Assembly (NCBI GenBank): GCA_963806225.1
Contig: CAWDXG010000004.1
Location: forward strand, 2,368,001 to 2,432,000
Direction: 5' to 3'
DNA: 64,000 bases
From: an uncultured delta proteobacterium
GTDB lineage: Bacteria > Myxococcota_A > Polyangia > Polyangiales > Polyangiaceae
Shown in pieces: positions 11,467 to 20,608 of this stretch. Made by a program: the position numbers and the translations under genes. The notes below the pieces were generated by a model. That model saw only the letters and a list, made by a program, of their open reading frames with translations. It was not told the DNA's origin and searched no databases. Each line of letters begins with the position of its first letter. The first letter of the stretch is position 1.

Positions 11467-12602
11467 GCCACGTCTCCGAGGTCGGGACGGCCGCCATACT
11501 GCTGCCAGATGCGGCAGGTGCCCTCGGTGCTGACCATGCAGGCGCCGACCGGCGCGTCCGGTATGCACTCCTTGCCGAACAGCTGGCAGTCGTGCGGCGA
11601 GGCGATGCCCGCCATGATGTCGCCGCAGATGCACTGTTCGGCCATCCGCGGCGGCGCGTACTCCCACAGCCGCGCCAGATCGATCTGGAAGCGGCGGCGT
11701 GCGTCGAAGCGCGCCATCTCGTCCTTCAGGCGCAGGTTGCCGTTGGGGACGTGTGCGATGCCGCGCCAGCGGCCGCCGATGGGGCGGAACACCTGCCACA
11801 GCATCTGTTGCGCGTTCTCGTTGCCTTCCTTCGTGACGCAGCGCGGGTACATGTTCTCGACTGCCGCGCGTCCGTCGCGGATCTGCTCGAGCAGCGCCAC
11901 CAGCCCCGCCAGGATGTCGAGCGGCTCGAAGCCCGCCACCACCACCGGAATGTGGTGACGCTCGACGAACTTCTCGAAGATGCCCCAGCCGGTGATGGTC
12001 GCGGCGTGCCCCGCCGCGAGGAAGCCCTCGACGTGCGTTTGCGGCATCTCCGCCACGATCTCCATCACGGGCGGGATGTACTTGTGCGCCGAGAGCACCG
12101 AGAAGTTGTCGGGGGGGTTGCCGAGCAGGACCGCCGCGGTGGCCACCGCCGTGGTCTCGAAGCCGGTGGCGAAGAACACGAGATCCTCACCGCTGCTGCG
12201 CGCCAGGTCCGCGGCTTGCGCGACACTGTACACGACCTCGACGGGTGCGCCCGCCGCCTTGGAATCGGCGAGCGAGCGCGCTGTGCCGGGCACGCGCAGC
12301 ATGTCGCCGTAGGTCGCCACGCGCACGCCCTGCTCCGCCAGCGCGACGGCTTCATCCACCTCGGGTAGATCGGTGATGCACACGGGGCAGCCCGGACCCA
12401 TGAACACCTCGAGGCCCTTCGGGAAGCTGGCGCGGAGGCCGTAGCGGGCGATCGCCTGCTCGTGGCTGCCGCAGACGTGCATCACGCTGACCGGATCGTG
12501 GTCGATCTCCTGCGTGAGGCGCGCGAGCGCGTCGGACAACGCGCGGGCGCGCTCCGGATCGCGGTACTTGAGTTGCCGCACATCAACGTCGAAGGACGCC
12601 AT
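11463..12602 (-). CDS. hypD: Hydrogenase maturation Fe-S scaffold HypD
   Basis: HVCGSHE, GPGCPVC, GFETT, C-terminal Cys cluster with PVGACMVSTEGTC. Confidence 0.97.
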   Translation of the reverse strand: MASFDVDVRQLKYRDPERARALSDALARLTQEIDHDPVSVMHVCGSHEQAIARYGLRASFPKGLEVFMGPGCPVCITDLPEVDEAVALAEQGVRVATYGDMLRVPGTARSLADSKAAGAPVEVVYSVAQAADLARSSGEDLVFFATGFETTAVATAAVLLGNPPDNFSVLSAHKYIPPVMEIVAEMPQTHVEGFLAAGHAATITGWGIFEKFVERHHIPVVVAGFEPLDILAGLVALLEQIRDGRAAVENMYPRCVTKEGNENAQQMLWQVFRPIGGRWRGIAHVPNGNLRLKDEMARFDARRRFQIDLARLWEYAPPRMAEQCICGDIMAGIASPHDCQLFGKECIPDAPVGACMVSTEGTCRIWQQYGGRPDLGDVA

Positions 12603-12898
12603 CAGCTCCCCTTTCCGCGCTTTTCCGGCGCGGCGTTCATCTCGCCGCGCACGTCGCCGGCCATCAGGTCCTCGCTGTCCGCCAGGGCGAGCAGCTCCTC
12701 GTACAGCGACAGCGTGCCCTCGATCTGCTCCTCGGGAATCCGCCGGATGGCGTAGCCGACGTGGTTCAGGACGTAGTCACCGGGCTGGACCGGCTCGTCG
12801 ACCACGTCCAGGCGCACCTCGCGCCTGACGCCGAAGAAATCCACGGTCGCCAGCATGCCGCGTATCTCGATCACCTTGCCCGGAACACCTAGACACAT
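12602..12898 (-). CDS. hypC: Hydrogenase maturation chaperone HypC
   Basis: MCLGVPGKV start, GDYVLNHVGYAI. Confidence 0.95.
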   Translation of the reverse strand: MCLGVPGKVIEIRGMLATVDFFGVRREVRLDVVDEPVQPGDYVLNHVGYAIRRIPEEQIEGTLSLYEELLALADSEDLMAGDVRGEMNAAPEKRGKGS

Positions 12899-12912
12899 CG
12901 TCGATCTCTCCC

Positions 12913-13299
12913 TCAGGGACCCTGCCGGCTCACCGACAGAACGTACGCCGTCAGATCCCGCCTCTGGTCCGCGTCCAGGGCCGCCCACGACGGCATGGAC
13001 GTGCCCGGCTTGCCGTACGTGATGATGTCGAAGACCTGACCGGGAGTGACCGACTTCCGCCAGGAGCTGGACGTGAAGTCGACAGGCTTTCCGGCGAGGT
13101 CCTCGCGGCGCTGACCGTGCCCGTCGGCGTTCGTGCCGTGGCAGAGAGCGCAGTGCTCCAGGTACAGGGCACGGCCTTTCTGGCGCGCAACGGGCGAATC
13201 CAGGCGCTGCGCGAGCGCCGGGTCCGGCTCGCTGTGGCTACACGCCGGCAAGACGAGCAACATGGAAAGCGCTCCGTTCACGATCCAGCTCCGGCGCAT
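12913..13299 (-). CDS. Monoheme c-type cytochrome lipoprotein
   Basis: LPAC lipobox, CALCH heme site, GKPGTSMPSW axial Met motif; start could alternatively be 13263. Confidence 0.85.
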   Translation of the reverse strand: MRRSWIVNGALSMLLVLPACSHSEPDPALAQRLDSPVARQKGRALYLEHCALCHGTNADGHGQRREDLAGKPVDFTSSSWRKSVTPGQVFDIITYGKPGTSMPSWAALDADQRRDLTAYVLSVSRQGP

Positions 13300-13792
13300 C
13301 GGACTCTCCGGGCACGAAGGCGTAGCCGAGCCGCGCGGCATCCTCGACTACCAGCACGGCGAGCTCCGGAATGCTCGCGGCCACGGCGGGGCTCAGCCCG
13401 ACCTCGAGCTCGATGCTCTCCGGCACGACGCCCAACAGGAGCAGCGTCGGCGGCAGGCGGTCGACCAGCCGCGCGCCGTCGAGCAGATCGGCCACGCCCA
13501 CCTGGTGCGGCGAGAGGCGATGCAGCGACGCATGCGCCACCTCCTCGCCCGTCAGCCGCACCAATGACCCTGCCGGCGCGTCGGCCGCCACCGCATCCAC
13601 CAGGATCACCCGCTCCGCCGAGCTCAACAGCGGAAGCAGCGACATGCCCAGCGTACCGCCGTCGTGCAGGCTGACGCCGTCTGGGACGGCGTAGTTCCGC
13701 GCAAGGTAGTCCACCGCTGTGACCCCCGCCCCGTCGTCGCCCAGCAGCACGTTGCCCAGGCCGAGCACGAGGAGCGGGATGCGGTCACTCAT
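13238..13792 (-). CDS. Hydrogenase maturation endopeptidase (HyaD/HybD family)
   Basis: GLGNVLLGDDGAG, DGGT, LVDAV, SPHQ motifs. Confidence 0.93.
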   Translation of the reverse strand: MSDRIPLLVLGLGNVLLGDDGAGVTAVDYLARNYAVPDGVSLHDGGTLGMSLLPLLSSAERVILVDAVAADAPAGSLVRLTGEEVAHASLHRLSPHQVGVADLLDGARLVDRLPPTLLLLGVVPESIELEVGLSPAVAASIPELAVLVVEDAARLGYAFVPGESDAPELDRERSAFHVARLAGV

Positions 13793-14585
13793 GGGTGCCT
13801 CGGTCCTCGAACCGCTTCTGCGCCTCCCGGTCCTTGTCGATGAGCGAGCGGGGAATCCACTTGTTTCCGGAGAACATCGAATCGACGACACCCGTCTTGT
13901 CGACGATCGCCATGTACACGGCGCTGTACATGTGATGCACGAAGAAGCCGATCAGCAGCCACATGACCACGTGGTGGATCCAGCGCGCCATCTGCAGCCC
14001 GCCGAACACCGGCACCAGGAACGAGAACCAGCGCATCACCGAGCCCACGTCGGCGTTCACCGAGTACATCGCCAGGCCGGTGACGATCATCACCAGGTAC
14101 AGCAGGAACACGAACGCGTAGGCGAAGCCCGCCAGAGCGTTGTGCCCGACGGCGGGCGGTGGGTCCACCTTCAGGAACGTGTAGAACCGGAACGTGCCGA
14201 CCAGGTCGTTCCAGCGGGCCTTGGTGGTGGGGATGAGGTTCCACCAGCGCGCACGCCGCGTCCCCACGAACATCCACAGGATCCTCGACAACACGGCGAG
14301 CGAGAACACGATCGCCGCGTAGAAGTGGATCACCTTCATGGTGCCCATGACGAAGTGCTCGCCCGCCGGGCCGGGCACGGAGATGTACGGCTTGCCGATG
14401 TAGATGCCGGTGACCGCCAGCACGCCGAGCGACAGGGCAATCAGCCAATGCGTGGTCCTGACGACCCTGTCCCAGACGCGGACCCTGAGCCGCGGCTCCT
14501 CTTCCGCATACTCGCCGACTTCCTCGGGAGAGGCCATCTCGGGCAGGTCGGCGGGGGACCCGCCGGGCAGGTCGGCGGTCGTCAT
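13785..14585 (-). CDS. Ni/Fe-hydrogenase b-type cytochrome subunit (HyaC/CybH family)
   Basis: VWDRVVRTTHW, IHF, GHNALA, RWIHH, HHMY His ligands; four hydrophobic segments. Confidence 0.93.
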   Translation of the reverse strand: MTTADLPGGSPADLPEMASPEEVGEYAEEEPRLRVRVWDRVVRTTHWLIALSLGVLAVTGIYIGKPYISVPGPAGEHFVMGTMKVIHFYAAIVFSLAVLSRILWMFVGTRRARWWNLIPTTKARWNDLVGTFRFYTFLKVDPPPAVGHNALAGFAYAFVFLLYLVMIVTGLAMYSVNADVGSVMRWFSFLVPVFGGLQMARWIHHVVMWLLIGFFVHHMYSAVYMAIVDKTGVVDSMFSGNKWIPRSLIDKDREAQKRFEDRGTHE

Positions 14586-16288
14586 CGCGCCCTCACCTTG
14601 ATGATCTCGGCGCCCTCGGGGTCGACCACGTGGACGCCGCAGGCCATGCACGGATCGAACGAGTGCACCGTGCGCAGGATTTCCAGCGGCTGCGTGGCGT
14701 CGGCGATGGGCGTGCCGAGCAGCGCGGCCTCGTACGGCCCAGCCTTGCCGGCCGCGTCGCGCGGTCCGGCATTCCAGGTGCTCGGCACGACGCACTGGTA
14801 GTTCTCGATCTTGCCGTTCTTGATGTGCACCCAGTGACCGAGCGCGCCGCGAGGCGCCTCGTGGAAGCCCGCTCCGGTGGCCTCGTCCGGCCATGACGAC
14901 GGCTCCCACTTCGAATTGTCCGCGATGCGCAGATCGCGGCGATCCATGTTGGAGGCGAGCTGTTCCACCCAGCTGCCCATGTGGTCGACCAGCACCTGGG
15001 TCTCGACGGCGCGCGCCGCGATGCGGCCGAGCGTCGAGAATAGCGCCTCGGGACCAACGCCGAGGTGCTTGAGCACGCCGTCGACCATCGGCTTGACCTG
15101 CTTGTGACCCCGCCCGTATGCGACCAGCATGCGCGACAGAGGCCCCACCTCCATCGGCAGGTTGTCGTAGCGTGGCGACTTCAGCCAGCTGTACTTGGCG
15201 CCCGTGTCCAGCCGCTCGTAAGGCGGCTTCGGCCCGGTGTAGTTCGGTTTGGTCTCGCCCTTGGAGGGGTGCAGGCCCTTGCCGTCGCCGCCGGCGTAGT
15301 CGTACCAGGAGTGCTTGACGTACTCGGTGATCTTCGACGAATCGAAGTTCTCGATCTTCCCGATCTGCTTGTTGCGGATGACGCCCGAAGGCAGAAATTG
15401 CTTCGGCTTGTCGCTGTCGTCCTCGGGGTACTCGCCGTACACCAGATAGTTACCTACGCCCGCGCCGTAGCCGGCCCAGTCCTTGTAGAAGGACGCGACC
15501 GCGAGCACGTCGGGGATGTACACGCGACGCACGAAGTCCTGGCCCTGCTTGATGATCTCGCCGAGCTTGGCAACCGTGCCCATATTGAGCGAGGCCTGCT
15601 GATCCGGGTCAACCGGTGTGGCCATACCGCCGACAAGGAAGCTCTGCAGATGCGGATTCTTCCCGCCGAGCACCGCGTGGATGCGGATGAACTCGCGCTG
15701 CCAGTCGAGCGCCTGGAGGTAGTGCGCGACGGCCAGCAGGTTCGCTTCCGGCGGCAGCTTGTAGGCGGTGTGGCCCCAGTAGGCGTTGGCGAACGGCCCG
15801 AGCTGTCCACGTTCGACGAAGCTCTTGATCTTCTCGCGCACGCCGACGAAGTACTTCGTGCTCGACAGCGGCCAGCTCGAGATCGACTGCGCGAGCTGCG
15901 CGGTCTTGAACGCGTCCGCCTTCAGCGCCGAGGTGATGTCGACCCAATCGAGCGCGTGCAGGTGGTAGAAGTGGATCACGTGATCCTGCACCATCTGCGA
16001 CGCCATGATCAGGTTGCGCAGCAGGCGCGCGTTGGGCGGCGGCTTGGCGCCGACGGCGTTCTCGACCGCGCGCACCGACGCGATGGCGTGCACCGTCGTG
16101 CAGACGCCGCAGATGCGCTGGGTAAAGACCCAGGCGTCGCGCGGGTCGCGGCCCTTGAGGATGATCTCGATGCCGCGGAACATGGTCGAGGACGACCAGG
16201 CGTCCTTGACAGCGCCTTGATCCACTTCCGCTTCGATGCGTAGGTGGCCTTCGATGCGGGTGACCGGATCGACGACGATGTGTGTCAC
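14582..16288 (-). CDS. Group 1 [NiFe]-hydrogenase large subunit
   Basis: DPVTRIEGH, L1 QRICGVCTTVH, L2 SFDPCMACGVH followed by a cleavable C-terminal tail. Confidence 0.97.
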   Translation of the reverse strand: MTHIVVDPVTRIEGHLRIEAEVDQGAVKDAWSSSTMFRGIEIILKGRDPRDAWVFTQRICGVCTTVHAIASVRAVENAVGAKPPPNARLLRNLIMASQMVQDHVIHFYHLHALDWVDITSALKADAFKTAQLAQSISSWPLSSTKYFVGVREKIKSFVERGQLGPFANAYWGHTAYKLPPEANLLAVAHYLQALDWQREFIRIHAVLGGKNPHLQSFLVGGMATPVDPDQQASLNMGTVAKLGEIIKQGQDFVRRVYIPDVLAVASFYKDWAGYGAGVGNYLVYGEYPEDDSDKPKQFLPSGVIRNKQIGKIENFDSSKITEYVKHSWYDYAGGDGKGLHPSKGETKPNYTGPKPPYERLDTGAKYSWLKSPRYDNLPMEVGPLSRMLVAYGRGHKQVKPMVDGVLKHLGVGPEALFSTLGRIAARAVETQVLVDHMGSWVEQLASNMDRRDLRIADNSKWEPSSWPDEATGAGFHEAPRGALGHWVHIKNGKIENYQCVVPSTWNAGPRDAAGKAGPYEAALLGTPIADATQPLEILRTVHSFDPCMACGVHVVDPEGAEIIKVRAR

Positions 16289-17484
16289 TCCGCGCCTCCT
16301 TTCTGCGGCTCGACTCGTTCAGACGGCACGGCCGGACCGGGCGGTTTCTCCTCACCGCCCTTGCCGGCGCCCTTGTCCTTGGGCGGCGAGCCCTTGGCCT
16401 TCTTGTCGGCGTGCTTCTTCGCGGCGAGCCGCGAGGCAGCGATAATCCCGTGGGCGCCGAACGCGACGCCAACCCCCGCCGCCGCGATCAAGCCCACCTT
16501 GTCGATCGGCTCCGCGATGCCGAAGCCCGGAATACCGGACAGGTGGGCGTAGAACGGCGTCATGCGATCCCAGAAGTCGGGCTCCGCACAGCCAATGCAC
16601 GGATGTCCGCAACCGATCGGCCAGTTTGTCGCCTCGTTCCAGCGCACCACGGGACAGTTCTGGAAGGTGACGGGGCCCTTGCACCCCATCTTGTACAGGC
16701 AGTAACCGGCGCGGTGACCCTCGTCCCCCCAGTGCTCGACGTACTGGCCCGCATCGAAGTGCGCGCGTCGCTCGCAGTTGTCGTGGATCGCCTTTCCGTA
16801 GGCAAATAGCGGACGCCGATGCTCGTCGAGCGGCGGCCAGTGCTTGAAGCTCAGATAGTAGACCAGCAGCGCAGTCAGGTTTTCCACGTTGGCCGGACAC
16901 GCCGACAGGTTGATGAGGTTCTTCACGTTGGGAACGGCGTCGGCCACGCCCAGCGCGCCGGTCGGGTTCGGAGCGGCCGCCGGAATGCCGCCGAACGCCG
17001 CGCAGGTGCCGATGGCGATGACAGCCGCCGCATGCTCGCACACGTCGCGCGCCATCTGGACGGCGCTCTTGCCGCCGATCGTGCAGTAGACGCCGCCCGC
17101 ACCCGTCGGGATCGAGCCTTCGATGACGGCGATGTACTGGCCGTCCTTCCGCTTGACCGTGCCATCGAGCGCCGCCTCCGCCTGGTGACCGGCCGCGGCC
17201 ATGATGGTCTCGTGATAATCGACACTGATGGTGTCGAGGATCACCTCGGCCACGCTGGGTTTGCTTGCCCTCAGGAAAGACTCGGTATTTCCGGCACAGT
17301 CCTGGAATTCCAGCCAGACCAGCGACGGCTTGTGAGACTTTTCCACCGCCTGGGCCATCTCTTCCGCCGCCGCTTCCGGCAGCGAGAAGAACGCGGCCAT
17401 TGCCGTACAGAACTCGACGAAGTCGCGACGCGTCAAACGTCGGCTCGCAAGCGCTGCATCCAGCCAACTCTGCTGTCGCGCCAT
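16285..17484 (-). CDS. Group 1 [NiFe]-hydrogenase small subunit, Tat signal and C-terminal TM anchor
   Basis: TRRDF Tat motif; DCAGN, GTCA.FGG, ACP; HDNCERR, CLYKMGCKGP, WPIGCGHPCIGC; hydrophobic C-terminal helix. Confidence 0.96.
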   Translation of the reverse strand: MARQQSWLDAALASRRLTRRDFVEFCTAMAAFFSLPEAAAEEMAQAVEKSHKPSLVWLEFQDCAGNTESFLRASKPSVAEVILDTISVDYHETIMAAAGHQAEAALDGTVKRKDGQYIAVIEGSIPTGAGGVYCTIGGKSAVQMARDVCEHAAAVIAIGTCAAFGGIPAAAPNPTGALGVADAVPNVKNLINLSACPANVENLTALLVYYLSFKHWPPLDEHRRPLFAYGKAIHDNCERRAHFDAGQYVEHWGDEGHRAGYCLYKMGCKGPVTFQNCPVVRWNEATNWPIGCGHPCIGCAEPDFWDRMTPFYAHLSGIPGFGIAEPIDKVGLIAAAGVGVAFGAHGIIAASRLAAKKHADKKAKGSPPKDKGAGKGGEEKPPGPAVPSERVEPQKGGAE

Positions 17485-17523
17485 GTGCCCCTCCGGAAAT
17501 GCGAATACGTCCGGGGCCCGGGG

Positions 17524-17539
17524 TGCATTCGCCGTGCCC
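17524..17539 (-). promoter_or_regulatory. Candidate sigma54 promoter for the hydrogenase operon
   Basis: Minus strand reads GGGCACGGCGAATGCA (GG-N10-GC), about 40 nt upstream of the small-subunit ATG. Confidence 0.55.
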
Positions 17540-17653
17540 GGGGCGCAGGTGTCCGGCCCGGCCGCGAAAACTACAAGGCACATGAACGGGTTACGCTTCG
17601 CGGTGTAGCGCTTTGCCCCGTAGCGCGCGTACGCGCTGGACCTAGGCCCCGCA

Positions 17654-17668
17654 TGGCTTGCACGTTGC
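17654..17668 (+). promoter_or_regulatory. Candidate sigma54 promoter for the A/V-ATPase operon
   Basis: TGGCTTGCACGTTGC (GG-N10-GC, TTGC intact), about 100 nt upstream of the first ATPase gene. Confidence 0.5.
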
Positions 17669-17766
17669 GCAGCACGTTGCGGCAAACTCTGCGCGGATCA
17701 CCGGCGGCGGCTGCCCTGAGACGACTCCAGCGACGGCATGGACGTTGCTGCCCACCCGGGAGGGGT

Positions 17767-18159
17767 GTGGTGGCACCGCGGGGACACAGCTCGGAGACGG
17801 GGCCGGACCTGGCTCGAGGCGAGGCGCGCCCAAGCGCGACCAGTGATACGCGCGCCATCGAGACCGTGCTCGACGCCGAGCGCGCCGCCGAGGAAGCCGT
17901 CGCCGAAGCCGAAGCCGAAGCCGAACGCCTCCTGAGCGACGCGCGCGATCGCGCCCGCCGCATCGGCGAGCGCGCCGACGAGCGCATCCGCCGGGTGCAC
18001 GGGCGCTCTGCGACGCTGGCGGACCAGGCGATCGAGCAGCTCTACGAGGCGCACGAGGATCGAGCCCGCGAGTCGCAACGGAACCTGTCCAATCCGGATC
18101 TGGCGCAGGCCGCCGCAGCGCGGGTGGCGGCGTGGTTGCTCGGGGAGGACGAAGCGTGA
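17767..18159 (+). CDS. A/V-type ATP synthase subunit H/G-like (peripheral stalk)
   Basis: AIETVLDAERAAEEAVAEAEAEAERLL coiled coil; first gene of the operon; GTG start after GGAGG is inferred. Confidence 0.65.
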   Translation: MVAPRGHSSETGPDLARGEARPSATSDTRAIETVLDAERAAEEAVAEAEAEAERLLSDARDRARRIGERADERIRRVHGRSATLADQAIEQLYEAHEDRARESQRNLSNPDLAQAAAARVAAWLLGEDEA

Positions 18160-18764
18160 GCGTCTCCGGCTTCGAGTACGCCCAGGCGCGGCTGCAGGCG
18201 CACCACGCCAGCCGGCCCGACGCCGCCGCCTGGCGCCGCCTGCACGCCAGCGCGGGGCTCGAGCACTTCCTGGAAGCGTGCGAGCGGACCGGGCTTTCGG
18301 CGTGGGTCGCGGATCTGCACCCGGAGCAGGACGCCCGCACGATCGAGCGTGCCCTCGATGGCGCGTTCCGGCGCTATGCGGTCGAGGTAGCGTCGTGGCT
18401 GCCGGCGCGCTGGCAGGCCACCGTGCGGAGCGTGCCGTTCGCCGAGCGCGACGCGGACGTGGATGAGTGGCGCGCAGAGTGGCCGCGCACGTCGCGCACC
18501 GAAACCGCTGCACTCGACGAGCTGTTCGCCGTGCTCGACGCGCACCGCGAGCGCATGCGCGCCGCGACCCCGGCGGAGGACGGCTTCCGGCTCTGCGATC
18601 AGCTGGCCACGGAGCTCTCGCGGCTGTTCCGCCGGCGCACGCAGCAGCCGGTGACGCCGCTCTCCCACCTGGCGCTGACCGCACTCGATCTCGAGCGCCT
18701 GCGCGGCGCGGTGCTGCGCCGTGCGCTGTTTCCCGACATAGCCAGCGAGGCGTCATGGGTCTGA
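18156..18764 (+). CDS. A/V-type ATP synthase subunit C-like (short form)
   Basis: FEYAQARLQA N-terminal motif typical of C/d subunits; GTGA-coupled within the operon. Confidence 0.55.
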   Translation: MSVSGFEYAQARLQAHHASRPDAAAWRRLHASAGLEHFLEACERTGLSAWVADLHPEQDARTIERALDGAFRRYAVEVASWLPARWQATVRSVPFAERDADVDEWRAEWPRTSRTETAALDELFAVLDAHRERMRAATPAEDGFRLCDQLATELSRLFRRRTQQPVTPLSHLALTALDLERLRGAVLRRALFPDIASEASWV

Positions 18765-20608
18765 AGCCACAGCCCGCCCGCTGGTTCGAAGCCCTCGCCG
18801 CCCGCGACGATCTGAGCCGGCTGGCAGAGGTGCTGGCGCGCACGGGGGTCGTGCAGGTCGAGTCCGAGCAGGAGACCGGCGAGCTGCGCCAGTCGCCGGA
18901 GCTGCGCGCAAAGCTCGACGAGTACGACCGCCTGGCGCGGCGCTATCACCCGTACTGGCCCAGCGACGAGAGCCGCGTTCTGGGCATGCCTGGGGCACCG
19001 GCAGAGGTCGTCGGGCGCGCGCTCGAGCACGTGCGCGCCTGGAGCCAGGAGGCCGATCCGGTGATCGCCCGCCTGGAACGCATCGAGAGCGAGCACTCCT
19101 CGCTCTCGATGCTCCACGAGCTGCTGTCCGCCTCGGGCGACGACTTCCCCGATTTCGACAAGCTCCGCCACGCGGGCCCCAGCCTGACGACGCGACTGTA
19201 CGTGCTGCCGCGCCAGGACGCCCGCAGGCTCGAGCTCGGCGAAGGACGGCTGATGCGCCGCATCGAGGGCGAGCAACACACCTTCGCGCTGCTGGTCGAC
19301 TCGAACGACGCCGCAAGCGAGCTCGAGCAGAGCCTGCTCGCAGCCAAGGCGCGACCGGTGGAACTGCCGTCCTGGCTCGCCTCCTCTCCCGCCGCCTCGC
19401 TAGCGCTGGTGGCAAGCCGGCTGGACGAGCTCGACGCGGAGGAAGCCGCCGCCCGTAGCGAGCTGGTAGAGAGCCAGGAAGCACACGATCTCGCCGCCGC
19501 GCTGGCCGACCTGCACCGCCTGCGTTGGTTTTTGGCCAACGTGCCGCAGCTGCCGGAGACGCGGAACTTCGCCGTCGTCACCGGCTGGACCAGCGATCTC
19601 GGCGGCGCGACGCTGCGCCGCGCCCTGGAAGAGAGCCGCCTCGACGCGTTGATCCACTACCCGCCGGCGCCACGCGATCGCACGCCCCCCATCGTCCTGT
19701 CCAATCCGCGCTGGGTGAAGCCGTTCGAGGCCTTCGCCGGCATGCTCGGCACGCCCGCGCAGCACGAAACGGATCCGAGCCCGCTGCTCGCGGTGATCGC
19801 GCCGCTCCTTTTCGGGTTCATGTTCGGCGACGTTGGACAGGGCTTCGTGCTGCTCGTCGCCGGACTGCTGCTGTACAAGCGCCTGCCGGTGTTGCGTCTG
19901 CTCATCCCGGGCGGCATTGCTGCGATGGGCTTCGGCGTGCTGTTCGGCGGCGTCTTCGGGTTGCACGACGTGATACCCGCACTGTGGGTGCACCCGCTGT
20001 CCGATCCGCTCGGCGTGCTGGTCGCCTCGCTGTTCGGAGGCGCCGCGATCCTGCTGCTCGGGCTCTTGCTCGGTGGAGTGCAGGCACGCTGGCAGCACCG
20101 CCTGCTGGCGTGGCTCGCCACCGATGCCGCGCTCGTCGCGATCTACCTAGGACTGCTCGGCGTGGTCCTCGATCGCCGCGCGCTGTGGGTCGCCCTGGGC
20201 GGCGTGGTGTGGCACGTGACGGGCAGCGGCGCGGTCGCCCGCCGCGCGCGCCTTTTGACCGCGGCCTCCGCCGGCGGACATCTGATCGAGCGCACGCTGC
20301 AGCTGTTCGTGAACACGGTGTCGTTCGCGCGCGTCGGCGCGTTCGCGCTGGCACACGCCGGCCTGTCGACGGCCATCGTCGGCCTGTCGCACGCGGCCGC
20401 AGGTCCCGCCGGCACGGTCGCGGTGCTGATCGTCGGCAACGCCTTCACGCTTCTGCTCGAAGGGCTGGTGGTCTCCATCCAGACCACGCGACTCGTGCTG
20501 TTCGAGTTCTTTGTGCGGTTCCTCAAGGGCGAAGGGCGGCAGTTCCGGCCGCTTCTGCCACCCCCTCGACCGCGACCCCCTGCCACCGAAGGAGCACACC
20601 AGACATGA
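18755..20608 (+). CDS. A/V-type ATP synthase subunit I (a)
   Basis: DPSPLLA..PLLFGFMFGDVGQG, NTVSFARVGAFALAH (essential Arg), QTTRL..FEFF. Confidence 0.93.
   Translation: MGLKPQPARWFEALAARDDLSRLAEVLARTGVVQVESEQETGELRQSPELRAKLDEYDRLARRYHPYWPSDESRVLGMPGAPAEVVGRALEHVRAWSQEADPVIARLERIESEHSSLSMLHELLSASGDDFPDFDKLRHAGPSLTTRLYVLPRQDARRLELGEGRLMRRIEGEQHTFALLVDSNDAASELEQSLLAAKARPVELPSWLASSPAASLALVASRLDELDAEEAAARSELVESQEAHDLAAALADLHRLRWFLANVPQLPETRNFAVVTGWTSDLGGATLRRALEESRLDALIHYPPAPRDRTPPIVLSNPRWVKPFEAFAGMLGTPAQHETDPSPLLAVIAPLLFGFMFGDVGQGFVLLVAGLLLYKRLPVLRLLIPGGIAAMGFGVLFGGVFGLHDVIPALWVHPLSDPLGVLVASLFGGAAILLLGLLLGGVQARWQHRLLAWLATDAALVAIYLGLLGVVLDRRALWVALGGVVWHVTGSGAVARRARLLTAASAGGHLIERTLQLFVNTVSFARVGAFALAHAGLSTAIVGLSHAAAGPAGTVAVLIVGNAFTLLLEGLVVSIQTTRLVLFEFFVRFLKGEGRQFRPLLPPPRPRPPATEGAHQT

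Noticed and set aside
14582..14680. Possible selenocysteine ([NiFeSe]) hydrogenase
   Set aside because: The L2 motif is DPCMAC with ordinary Cys codons and no in-frame TGA.
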